Positions 34,947 through 47,800 of a stretch of 64,000 bases of DNA are shown here, one piece after another. This DNA comes from Azolla caroliniana (taxonomy: Eukaryota; Plantae; Polypodiophyta), in assembly GCA_043228905.1 (NCBI GenBank), contig JBHGNT010000001.1, positions 9,176,001 through 9,240,000 on the forward strand, read 5' to 3'. The stretch's first letter is position 1. Every line of letters starts with the position of its first letter. The notes beneath the pieces were generated by a model. That model ran no database searches. It had not been told where the DNA came from and saw nothing but the letters and a program-made list of their open reading frames with translations. The translations under genes and the position numbers were made by a program.

Positions 34947-37527
34947 ATGGATCGGATCAATGGAGCTCTCGGACAGTTTCGATCCTTGGTGGGCATGGAG
35001 AGCGTTGATGATGACACGGCCCTCGAACAGGAGCAGGATCTGAGCTTCATGGATGACCTCAATCGATCCTGCACGCTCTCTCGGACTCAGGTATTCTCTG
35101 TCCGCCTCCCCCTCCTTTCTCCGGCTGTGTTTTATCTCAGTATGTCCTCGTAGATAATTTCAATGAAATCTTAGATCTTTTTCCCACAAAGTCCCCCCCC
35201 CCCGCCCCCCCTCTCTCTCTCTCTCTCTGTCTTTCATTATCTCTTTCTTCATTCTCTTCATTCTAATATATCTTTAGTATGTCCCTCGCCAGCGAATTCC
35301 GGAATATTGTATTGCTATTAAGAGACAAATTTTATTAAGATCTACGTTTCATGAAAAATCAGAAACAGATCGGGATGGTAGTACTAGCATTATGCAAGGT
35401 CAGAAGAAAAGAATTTGCAGCTAAAAGGTTTTAACATTTCACTGAAATGATCTTATAGGTATCACCTGGAACTAAATAAATGCATCAAAGATCCAAGGTT
35501 CAATAGAAAACCCAATTAAATCAAATCTTAACTCTAGCTTATATCTTCTGGAGTTTGGTTTCTCCTTCAATGTCAATATCAAGGAATTGTTAGTAAAACA
35601 TAATCAAATATTAACAGTAGCTTTCCATCATTTAGACTTTTCTCTCTCATACAAACAGAATGTTCACGGTTTTTTAGTGAAATCTAATGAAATCATCTTC
35701 TAGAGTTAGTTTTCTCATGTGATGCAAATCTTAAGGAATTCTTAGTGTGAAAGCTAATCAAATCTTAAGGCTGGTTTTCAACCTTCCTAGAGTTTTTTTT
35801 TTCATACAATGAAGATCTTAAGAAGTTCTTACTGAAATATAATCTATCCTTAAATCTAGCTTCCAATCTCCTAGAATCTATTCTCTCATACAATAGGAAT
35901 CGTTTTAAGTGTTGATCCACATCAAACAAAGATTTTTCAAATCATATCCGTTATATGATGGAGAAGATTTGTTTTTGGTGTAATCCAAGTCTTAAGAAAT
36001 CTGGCATTCTCTCTGTTTTTTTCTCATTATGTGTTCATCATCAGAATCTCACTGAAGTTCTCACTGGCTCCTTAACCTTACCTTATGATACGGAATTTTC
36101 TCTGTTTAGTCTCTAACATAATCTATCATTATGTGCAGAGATTACATGGCTTTGCAGCATGTCTCGTCCTTGGCTTCTTTTGCTCAATATTGGTAATTCG
36201 TTTTTCTCTTCTCATCTAAACTTGGTGTCTCTGCTATGATATTTTTCAAACAACAACCTGCATATATGAAATTTAATAATAAGGTATCCCTTCATATTGT
36301 TGACAGATTAGAGGTTCTAGTACACTTTCCATGCTATAACATTCTCCATTTGGTAATCAAACCCATGAAATTCCTTCCACCAATGATAACTGTAGGCTGA
36401 TTCTCGATCCGGTTTCCTCCCATTATGATTGCTGTAGGTCAAACTAGTGAGAGCATATCTATCTTTCTCAAATATCATAATTTCATATCTCTGTTAAAGT
36501 GTAAATTATATACTGTATATGATTGCTAAATTCTACGTTTAAAGTGTTTGTGCTTACTTAAGTTTTTATGTTCTTGCAGTCGGTGCTTGTTTTTCTCCAT
36601 CCGGTGAAGTTTGCGATCACATTCACAATCGGAAATCTCCTTTCTTTAGGCAGGTGTGTCAGAAACTCACATCATGTGCTCGTGGAGTGATACAAAGGAT
36701 GATTGTTTTATACTTGATGTTCGAGCTTTTTGTGTGGAAGGTAATGTTATGGGCTAGCATAGATTGCAATAATTCACACAGCTTCTTTAATTTCTTGCTG
36801 TTGTGAACAGCACTTGTTTCCTGATTGGACCAATGCAGCAGTTGAAGATGATGTTTGATCCAGTGCGAGTGGTTGCAACAGTCATTTATCTCTGCAGCCT
36901 TATCTTTGCACTTTTATCTGCACTTTATGTAAGTGAAGCTCTATTGATATGTGCTTGCTGATTTAAAACGTATATCCACTTAGAAATCATTATGAGATAA
37001 GAGATGCTTGTTAAATTGTGATTTGTCATATGGTCTGATCATATGGTATGGTACATCCAACTGTTTCTCATAAAAAATGACAAAGCTAGCTTCCGCTGAT
37101 CCACACTTGGACATGCATGATTTAAATGTGGTCATTACATTTACTAAAGTGGCATTCAGTCTGCATGAGATCCAAGCTCACATCATGAAGATTGATGTCT
37201 CTTTCATTATAAAACTTGCAGGGTATATTTATATTATATTAAACATTGAAATCATGTTATATTTATTAGAATTGCATGGTCAATTATAAAATTTATATCT
37301 TAGAATCTGGGAAAAAGAAAGGTCACTGAGCCAAGAACTCACTATGCAACCCATATATGTATATGACCTTTCTCCTCCTTGTTTATGTATTCAAAGCACA
37401 GATAAACTTCACATAATTTATGATTTTTGGAATATTTTGCAGTTCCGTGTATTTATTCTTACATTGTTGGCTGTCATTGTGGAGGTTCTTGCACTCATTT
37501 GGTATGCTCTTTTGGCCCTTGTATATC

Positions 37528-37567
<40 letters not shown>

Positions 37568-37746
37568 TATATATATAAACACACACAAATGCACATATAT
37601 GTTTATTATGGTGTGTGCATATGTGCATGTATTCATGTTTCTGAGCCTGGACTTACATTTTCACCAGGTATTCTTTAAGCTACATTCCTTTTGCTAGAAC
37701 TGCTGCAAGGAGGTGCTTTACACGTTGTATGGAAGTAGAGATTTAG
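34947..37746 (+). CDS. SFT2: Got1/Sft2-family vesicle transport protein (SFT2A/B-like), 6 exons, 175 aa
   Basis: Exons 34947-35090, 36139-36192, 36580-36653, 36811-36928, 37443-37501, 37668-37746; all GT-AG, 528 nt in frame. Peptides: CTLSRTQRLHGFAACL, PVKFAITFTIGNLLSLGSTCFLIGPMQQLKMMFDPVR, WYSLSYIPFAR. Confidence 0.93.
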
Positions 37747-39785
37747 CTACTCAAGAGAGATCAAAGTCTAGCTGAATTGCTAAAGCGGATTTTACTAACA
37801 TTTTCATGGAAGTGCTGATTTAGAGGGTTGAATTTGTTTGTGTTTAAACTCTGATGTAGATCTAGATATATCTATTTTTTTATCCTTGAACATCTAGGTC
37901 TCTTGTAAATTTTGGATGGAAGCTAGTCAGTTTTTTAAATTGATGAAAAAGAAATGCAAAAGATTTGCGAATATGACATTTCTATCATGATGTGCATGAG
38001 AATTATTAGTCCATTGTTTAAACAAGAAACATAAACAATCAAAGGAAGTTGTCTTGTTAGACCAGCATCTGAATCCAAAACGTCCCAAAACAGTAGATCA
38101 AGTGGAAAATTCCAGAAGGTTCTCAAGTTTTTCTTTATTTCCTCAAATGCAGCCCTAAGTTTTTTTTTGTTATCTCCCGAAATGCTTTGGTCAACGCTTG
38201 AAAGAGTGCATTAAATTATACTGTTTAAGCAGTTATGTGGATGATTCATCTTTTTTTTCTTTTGTGGGGTTGATATAAGTTGTATAAGAAAATAATGAGA
38301 TCTTAGGATCATTTAGGGAAATTAAAGCAATGCAACATTGTAGCCTTTTAAATGTTTAATATGGAACAAATGTGGCTATTTGTTATTTGTGTCATGATTT
38401 TTGGCCTTGAATTATCAACAAAATTAATAGTGTCTAAAGGATTGATTTTCTCTTGCTTATGATTTTTTTCTTGGTTAAAGGTTGGACCTTATTATGAAGT
38501 CATTTGAAGGCTTGGAGTTAAAAGAATGTGTTTAGTCTTGCCACAACTTGATCACATGCACTTGTACATGTGAAAGTGTGACAATGTTTCATGATGGTAT
38601 GTTTTTTTATAGTTAGCAAGATTAATCACCTCGAAAAAATAGGTATTCAATTAGAATAATTGATCGATAATCTAGAGAGACTAAAATTAACAATTAGACA
38701 CACTTTACACTTTTGAAAGTCTAGAGAATGGGCAAAGAATGGGCATTCAATTAGAATATTTGATTAGTAATGAAGGGAACGATATTTTTAATTACACAAA
38801 TTACAATTCTGAAAGATGAATTAAGAGAGGGATAATAACAAGATTACTACGTTAGAAAAAGTTGAGCACATATAAAAGTTGGTAATTGTGTACTTAACAA
38901 AGAGTTAAAGGCAATTATGAACTCAACATCTCGCTTGCTGGGAGGACGATCACTCGCCCATCCCGGAGGAGATATAAGTACTTTTCCGCACGAGCCACGA
39001 TCGGGGCCCATGCTACTACATCCTAAGTATCTAGGCAGAAAAAAGGCTTTTTCTTCATCAATACTACTATTCCGAAGAAAAGATTTACTCGCGAGAGAGG
39101 CGTTGGCTTGCTTGTTAGATCGTGAGGCGCATTTTGATATGTAGAAAACTCTAAATAGTTAAAATTTCAAATCAATCAACCGTATCAATTGGCTCCTAAA
39201 ATATTGCTTTTATAAGATTGATACTCACACATATCCCCGCACATTGTCTCCAAAACCTACATCATGATCACTCGTTTCAAATCATGCACAAAATTCATTC
39301 GACTATCTTATGTTTACGTCTATCTTACATTGCATTGATTGTTAAAAATCTGTCGATGTTGGCATTGGTATGAGACCCTTGATTTTTGCACTTTCCAAAC
39401 CCAATGCTTACATGCACATTGAATGGCCAATGGTGTAGGTTTAAGAAAAATATATTTGAACAATAATACCCTTCTAGGAGACTTGTGTCCTTTACATTTT
39501 TTCATTAATGATGTATGGAAGTCATTAAATAAGGGGTGGGGGAAGAGATAGGAAGATAGATGTACACATTGATATATTTTTATACATCCATGGAAGACCA
39601 ATTGCGATCTATGCAATGGGGGTTAGCCCATGTTGAGGAGTGAAGGGGTGATCTATGATCATGCCCTCATGACGTTGGATAAAACAATTGACCACGTGGA
39701 ATTTAACCTCCGCTTGCACCATATTGGGGCTACCCAAATATGTCAACGATTATAACCTACATTTTTTTTTTCCCATAAAAATATG

Positions 39786-40175
39786 CTCCATTAGTATTAA
39801 TAAAAAGCCAAATGCAATATACAAATAGTACATAATATTGTTTCCTCTGCACAAATACATATTATCAAAAAAACTACATTGTTGCTAATAACACCTTTGC
39901 TAGCAGACCACATATAAACCTTGAGAAAATTCCATTGCTACGTCGAGCTATAAGACCACATATAAACCTTGAGAAGGCCTCCATTAGTATTAATAAAAAG
40001 CCAAATGCAATATACAAATAGTACATAATATTGTTTCCTCTGCACAAATACATATTATCAAAAAAACTACATTGTTGCCAATAACACCTTTGCTAGCAAA
40101 GCACATATAAACCTTGAGAAAATTCCATTGCTACGTCGAGCTATAAGACCACATATAAACCTTGAGAAGGCCTCC
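39786..40175. repeat. ~193-bp tandem duplication
   Basis: CTCCATTAGTATTAATAAAAAGCC... begins at 39786 and again at 39979. Confidence 0.88.
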
Positions 40176-40703
40176 ACTTTAGCACGAATAAGCCTCTTTA
40201 TCACCTCTTTTCCATTCACCTTTGCTTGAACATGTGGGACATTGTCTAACCAGAACCATTCTCTGCCATTTAACTTCTTTGCCACTACCATTGATTTATA
40301 TTCCATGGGATCATATGCTGAAAATGTACGATGTTTTGGAGACATCTCGATGAGGCAGACATAGAACACACCAAAACCCATAATGAAAGCCCATAATACC
40401 ACCACCTCCTTCTTTCCCTTGAAAACAATTGGGTATTTATCACAGACTCAACTAGTTTCTCTTTGGCCTCCCATCTGCTTTTCTTCAATCTCCTACAGAA
40501 ACTGGCTCAATCTCATACAGAATAAGACAGATTAAAATGGCTCAACGTCATACAAAATAACACTCAGTTTTGTGCCCATTCCTTGACCTTTGACTTTCCC
40601 ATGTGATGTGTCCTTTTCTACCTGTTTGGCAGTCAAAATCCCCTCTCTCCAATCAAGTTGTTGAGGTAATATGCTGCTTCTTGGTCGTAGTCTTCTTCTA
40701 GCT

Positions 40704-40936
40704 CTGTAAACATCGGCTTAAACATTGCCAAAAAACCTGGTTTCTCTTCAGCATGCCGATCTTCTCAGTATTTATATATCTTTCTCTGCCTTTTTCCAAT
40801 GCAAGATTCATAACCTGTCCAAACTCTTGGACCTGTAAACATCGGCTTAAACATTGCCAAAAAACTTGGTTTCTCTTCAGCCTGCCCATCTTCTCAGTCT
40901 TTATATACCTTTCTCTGCCTTTTCCAATGCAAGATT
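40704..40936. repeat. ~129-bp-period duplication
   Basis: CTGTAAACATCGGCTTAAACATTGCCAAAAAAC begins at 40704 and again at 40833. Confidence 0.85.
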
Positions 40937-41949
40937 GAACCTGGTTTTGAATTGGGATTATATCTTGTTGGTAATCCTGTGTTAAGAACAAAATCAGTCC
41001 AAAAGTTTCCTCACCCACTCCTGATAATTGGCTTCAACCCTCCCCACCATCTTCACTCATCCTTAACACAACAAATATTTCTTCATTTAGTCGACATCAA
41101 CCATCTCACCGATTAACATGGTTCCAATGTCCACGCATATCCTATATTAATCAACAAAAATTAGTCTAAACGTTTCCTCACCCACATTACTTGTTGCCAC
41201 TCTTGTATCGAGTATTGCAATATTAATGCCACCTTTTACCATCATAGGAAGTTTGAAGTTGGTATCATTATATGTGGGATTACCATTGTAGATTCCTTGT
41301 GTTGGCTAGCTTTGTAGGCCCCATTTTGGCAAACGTTAACGTATATCACACAAATGCCAAGGATCTATTCTAAACATTTCCTCAATGGTGAGCTTGACCG
41401 ATCCAACTAAGACTTGTTGAACAATTGTGCATGACCCTTGACCACAAACTAGTACTAAGTGATAGTATATGTTATACTTATCGATACGTAAATTGATTAG
41501 GAAAAGAATTAATCACTACGTGCAGTTAAACTACAGGAGAAAAAAACAAAGTAGAAAATTAATGCTCAACAATGTGAACAATAGGTCTCTGCAACACTTG
41601 TGATTTGCCTATGAAATTCGCAATGACAAACAAAAATAAAACAAATAACAATAACTCTTTCTTCCTACCATCCTTATCCTATATGTAGCTCACCAATAGT
41701 TTTGAATAGTGATTCTAAATTACAACAATGTTTCTTTTAGAATCCTTACTGGAAGTTGCTTCTTACTTTGGAGTTCTACTTAATGACCCTCTCAAGGTTG
41801 ATGTGTGGGACTATATAATTGTGTGTGTTTTCTTGCCAAGATGGGTGAGACGGAGTGTCAATCACTTTGGACCTACTTATGCATAGACTAACCACTAAAG
41901 AAAACTCTAAATCTCACTCTATAACATAATCACTTATACAATACACAAG

Positions 41950-43309
41950 TCGGTATTGAAGTAATTCGGACACCAATCGGTATATTAATCTCTCAACGAC
42001 ACTACATTCTCAACTTACTGTACAAGTTCGAAATGATTGAGTGCAAACCTGTGTCTACCCCTCTCGATCGAAATCTCAAACTCGATGTCGATTCGGGAAC
42101 AAAAGATTGCAAGCCAACTCAATATCGTCAACTAATCGATAGCTTAATCTACCTAACCATTACCTGACGCGACCTCAACTATTCGGTCGATCTACTTAGC
42201 CAATTTATGCAGAAACCTCGGGACATCCATCTCGATTGTGCTAAGAGGGTACTCAAGTATGTTCGTGGGACAATGGATTATGGCATCATGTATAAGTTCG
42301 ACATGATCATTCAGCTCGAAGGGTACACAAATTTAGACTAGGATGACTATAAGGTTGATTGACGATCAACTTCAAGATTTGTCTTCTCTCTCGGTAGTTG
42401 CGCGATCTCTCCTGGAGCAGTAAGAAAGCAGCCGACAATCACATTGTCGAGCATAGAGGCTAAATACAGGGGTGCGGTAGTCGCCGCATGCGAGGCCGTT
42501 TGGCGGAAGCGCATATTGAAGGATATGGGTGTTCCCATCAAGGATCTGATTCTCCTATATTGCGACAACATGAGCAATATCTACCTGCTTGGAACCCCGT
42601 GTTCCACGCGCGAACTAAGCATATCGAAGTGCACTATCACTTCATTCGAGAGCGCGTTCAAGCTGGAGATGTTGATTTACAACACATCAACACAAATCTT
42701 TAGGTGGCTGACATCTTCACAAAAGCCTTGGGTATTGACAAGCTGCGGCAGTTTGCGTCGAACCTTGGTCTCTCGGTCACCGACCATCCGCGCTTGAGGG
42801 GGAACACCGAAAAACAACAGTAGTTGCCGATGCCGAACAACAATTGATCAGTCGATTGAAGTTGACCAGAGGAGTCGAAGTACGATGATAATCGAGCCGA
42901 ACAAGGAGCATGCCACACCTGAACAATAAGTCATGTCGAACATGCCTTCCAAAAGCTGATTAAGCCAAATCGAACCAACTTTTCGACATTAGGAAGTTGT
43001 GTTTGAAGGGGCGTGTTGAGAATCGAACTCAACTTCCGCGATGAAATGGTTTCACACTAGCCAGAGGACATACTAGGCTAGTTTTGTAATTAGTAGAAAG
43101 CGTAGTTGCCCTAGACTAGTTGGTATTTAAACCAACCTTTTGTAACTTAGTTACTGTTGGATGTAATTCTATTTTTACTAATATAACTTTTTGTTCAAAG
43201 CTCTCTCTCTCTCTGCTTGTCTTATGCACACACACACGCGCGCACACACGCACACATAGAGTTTACTTCTACTGCACAACATCACCTACATCACTTACGA
43301 TTCTTTACA
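41950..43309 (+). mobile_element. 5'-truncated degenerate Ty1/copia (RT end, RNase H, PPT, 3' LTR 43014-43309), non-Tork lineage
   Basis: GIEVIRT..ISQRHY, CKPVSTP, WSSKKQPTITLSS, NPVFHARTKHIEVHYHFIRERV and ADIFTKAL. PPT GAAGGGGCG is followed by TGTTGAGAATCG...CGATTCTTTACA. Confidence 0.88.
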
Positions 43310-43439
43310 GGTCTCAAGGCCCTCACTTAGACAAAGTTGAGTGTAGGATTCCTTGAAATCTCAACTAATTGTCTAAAAAGTTCACATAATAGGAACGGAA
43401 AAGTAAATGTTTATATTTGTAGTGTGTAATAAAACCATC

Positions 43440-43875
43440 TTCTAACCCATAAAAGTCACACGCCAAGCTATTGATGAAGTATACAAAGTTCAATCTTATT
43501 AGTGCCCTATTGGTCTACAATGAGGGTTGAGAGCTTCCATGTGCCCCAATGTATTATTTCTTCGCCATTAGAGATGGAGTTTCTTTGAGGATATATTGAT
43601 GAAAAATTGGCCAATGACATTCTAGATCCCTTTATTTTTGCATCCATCTTATTTGTTAAGAAAAGAGATGATTCTCTACATTTGGTCGGGGATTGTCAAG
43701 GATTGAACAAGATTACCGTGTGAAATAGGTAGGTCTTACCATTTTACTCTTTCACCCTAGTTACACTGAACTCTCCGTACATCTCGTACGGTAACAGTGT
43801 CAGCTCATTTGGTGCAATATGCCGGAGCCAAAATATTGCACAAAGCTAGATCCTTGAGGTGGACACAACCTTTTT
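43440..43875 (+). pseudogene. Highly degenerate Ty3/gypsy RT N-terminal fragment (Tcn1/chromovirus-like)
   Basis: Hand translation gives Y*CPIGLQ, SPLEMEFL*GYIDEKLAN, SILFVKKRDDSLHLVGDCQGLNKITV*NR and AKY.TKLD. These resemble [38 protein letters not shown] and TKLDL. Confidence 0.7.
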
Positions 43876-43884
43876 GTTCTCGCA

Positions 43885-44290
43885 AATGCATCAACTTTAT
43901 TTCGATGATTATAGAGCGATAACTTATGAGATATATATGGGATGTATCCACCACAATCGATCTAGATAACATCTCCAATCAATTCAAGGGCTATGACAGC
44001 CCGAACACCGATATATGTGGTGTCTATTGAGCATCCTCGATCGAATTGTTACTGATCGATCGCCTTTTGCTAGATGCGGACACAACATATGTACTCACGA
44101 ATGCATCGACATTATTTCGACGATTACGGAGCGATAGTGTCTAGGATATCCACCGTAGTCGATCTAGATGACATCATCTCCAATCAATTCAAGGGCTCTG
44201 ACAGATAGCAGGAACACTGATATCCGTGGTGTCAACTAGTTGAGCATCCTCAATCGGGTTGTTACAGATCGATCGTGTTTTTCAGATGTC
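43885..44290. repeat. Diverged ~215-bp tandem duplication
   Basis: Shared blocks ATGCATC.AC.TTATTTCGA, CATCTCCAATCAATTCAAGGGCT and TTGAGCATCCTC. Confidence 0.7.
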
Positions 44291-44479
44291 TACGTTTCCA
44301 TACTAGGCATCGTTGGGGGGGGGGGGGGGGGGGGGAGAGGATATAGGTCACGTATTCGACACATAAGTCTTTTCATCGATCGATCAATGATGGATACGAG
44401 AGCTTGGTGTCACCATGGCAATGAGAGGCAGAGGATGGAACCGTGGTCATGTAAAATGCTACCCACCAAAAAGAAAATG

Positions 44480-44847
44480 AAACCCTAAAAGAGTTTGAAA
44501 GGGGCCGGTAGAGAGAGGATGCTTCCTTCCCTCGCATCTTCTCTCTAGATCATCGCCATCGCCATCGCCATCGCCATCGCCATCCATCTCCTGCTTGTTG
44601 TGGTGGTGCATCGTTTCCGTCCTGTTCTCTTCTTCACGCTCACGCCATAGACTCCTCCTCTTCCTCTTCAGAGTCGCATCTTCCTCCATGTCCTTGTGAC
44701 CCTACCCGCAATTTCGTTACCCTAACATCTGTTTCGTTACACTAAAACCCTAACCCTAACATCTGCCTTTGCTTTACCCTAAGCCTGTAACTTCCGTTTC
44801 GTTACCTTAAATCCTAGCCCTAGCCCTAGCCCTAGCCCTAGCCCTAA
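44480..44847 (+). promoter_or_regulatory. Telo-boxes (AAACCCTAA at 44480 and 44745) and a (CCCTAG)n array in the leader of the DCD-TRF4 gene
   Basis: Exact telo-box 9-mers, and about 6 CCCTAG units at 44812-44847 just before ATG 44856. Confidence 0.6.
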
Positions 44848-44855
44848 CTCGAACA

Positions 44856-47800
44856 ATGGTGGCCTTGAAGAACCAGTACATTAGGCCAAATCGCGCAGAT
44901 TCTGACTGGCGTGCCATGAAAGCTTCTCCATCGAAGTCTGCGACGAGGAATATTAATAGCTTTGCAGGATTTATCTTTGTCTGCACGGATTCAACCATCA
45001 AAGATCTGAGTCGCATGATATTCGGTTCGTATTTCGTCTTCTTCTTTCATACATTGATATTTAACGACATCTCCGAGAATCAGATCACACAGAAATAGTT
45101 TCTTTCTCTCAGAGAGAGAGAGAGAGAATATTCAGTTAGTCTTCTATTTTCTTCTCGCACATTAATTTAAAAAATAATAATCCGAGAATCAGATCAGACA
45201 TTTATGGCATCTCTATCTAAGAGAGATGATATTCGGTAGGTTTTTCTCCTTCTGCTTCTTTTTCTCGCAGATGATTCTTAAAATTCATCTGTGACAATCA
45301 GATCAGACAGTTATGACGAATAGCTATGTGATATTTCATTCGCGCTTCATTCATCTCACATACCCATTCTCGAAAACTTTCTCTGAAAATTTAATCAGGC
45401 GGTTATCGGGTCACTATCTTCCTTCCATCTCCTCATTTCACACATCTACATTGGAGCTTATCATATTAGACAGCTATGACGTTTCTCTCGCAGGGTTTTT
45501 GCTAGTTCGATCAATATTTCTTAGTTAAGAATTCAAACTTTTTTTCTCATCTAGTAGATTGATGTTTAAACAAGCTCAGGAAATCAGAAAGTTACGGGTC
45601 TTTCGTTGAACAGCCCAAGCTTAAAAGGTCATTGTAAACGTTATCAGCATCACATACAGAGCTTACATCTATGTTGGATTATCCAAATTTTTGTCATGGA
45701 AACCACACATTTCTACATGACAAAAATATGATTGTTTGCAGGGAATACACGTGGAATATTTGCTGAATGCTCATCTGAGGATGACTATTTACTATGTAGT
45801 CGGGCCATCATCTAAAAGACTAATCACAGGGTAACAAGACAGGGTTCTATGTTACCTGCCAATATGAACCATCTAACCAAACATAGGCTACAATTATTGT
45901 CAAATTTCCAACGGTTTCCATGTATAGAGAAAACCTGTGTAGTAACCCCGAGGTATAGCCAATTTGATCAGATTCTAAAATGGCTAAGGTTGGGTTCCTG
46001 CTCAAGAAAGGTTTAAAATGCCTGTATGCATGAGTGCAATTGTCAACATGCCTAATTGCTTAGGGTTGAGACCCAGTGACTCAAGATACAGGGTTTGAAT
46101 AATGAAACAACTACAATGGGTATTGGAAAGGATAAAGATAAGTAGTGTTAGCATCAATTTAGCCTTTATTGTGGTGTACCATGTTAACATAGGTCATGTT
46201 CAAAAGGGATGATCGAGTTGATAGACTACATTGAAATAAACATTGCAACCTTAAGCACAAGATTCATGTAGATCTAGCATGTTGGCATTTTCGCTGTTCA
46301 AAGATATTAATACATCGTTTCTGGCTTGTGTCTTCACATTTCTGTCCTTTTTCTATTTTCTGTAATAGTATATATAGTGCAAAAACTCTTTGCCGTCCCT
46401 ACTACAATATTGAGGATCTTATATGGCAAGAAAAACTCTCTTAGGTGCTATAAGACTAGTTGGCATAATGGTAACTCCTCTAAGGACAGGTGCTGATATG
46501 GCTCTTTTCTTAAAATTGCCAAAACAATTTTCCTTTCAATGTACTCCATAGGGATCATGAAACAATAACATATTTCAAATATTCTAATTGGATCAAAAAC
46601 CTCAATACCTAAGATGGTCAAATAGTACTTTATAATATTGTGATGATTAAAGCTCTGGCATCCTTGGCATAAACCCACTGAAAGGGTGATAATTTTCCTA
46701 GTTAACAATGTCCAAAGTTGTGACATGTATGGAATCTGTGACTGGAACTATTCTCAATAGTGTATAGAAAAACTGTGTCCAATCTGAAATGTGTCAGCAT
46801 TTTAACATGTCCAAAAAAGCAACCTGCCCACCATTTTCTGGCAAAGAAGAACTTACTCACAGAACAAAAATCGAGATTGCTGCATCCATCAGTTGACACC
46901 ACCAGTGTATACATCATATCTCAAACATGACTCATTTCTATCTCTCTTCCCCACATCCATTGAATCTTAATTTTTGGGATATTTTTATGCTTAAATTTAG
47001 TGTTTAGATTCTGTTTTTTCACCGCAGTTATCGTATATTGCATTATTCTGTGAGATTGATTTGATCTTTCTTCAAATTTACTTTTATCGTGTTTTCAGGT
47101 TTGCCTGCTGCCTATGCAGATGTGGTGCAAGCAATACGAAGAGGAATGCCATTGTTTCTGTTCAACCACTCTGAGCGACTGTTGTATGGTGTTTTTGAGG
47201 TTTGATCATTCTTCATCATTTCCTTAGCTTGGTTGTTGTGGCTAATTGCTAGTAGAATTTGAGCTCATTTGCAAACCAATGGTGCTTCAATCAGGCTACT
47301 AGTGATGGGGGATTTAACTTGGATCCTTATGCATGGGAGAACACAGATTCAAAGTTGGGAAGGCATTCAAAACCAGTCTCAAAATATCCTGCTCAGGTGA
47401 GTGTTAACAAGTTAAGTTCAGAAGTTAGCGTTGATGTACCATCATTGTCATAAAATTTCAATATGGTTTTATCATCATGATGCCATGCTCTTGTGTGAAA
47501 TTGGTGACTTCATAATGTCATGGAAAATATGGTGCTTAAGAATTTGCATATTTGAATGAATTTTGTATATTGTATGCTGAAGATCAGTTTCTTATATAGG
47601 TGAGGATACGTGTTCGAGATGAGAGACCAGCACTCGATGAAGATTCTTTCCGGTCTATCCTTGATTACGACCATCAAAGATTTAAATTTGAATTGAATAC
47701 ACACCAGGTGCTGTAATGTTTCATTCAAGCTGATGATGTCTGTTTTTCAAACAGCTGGCTTTCATATTTGGAAAAGTTCGACACATGTTTCCAAACTTAT

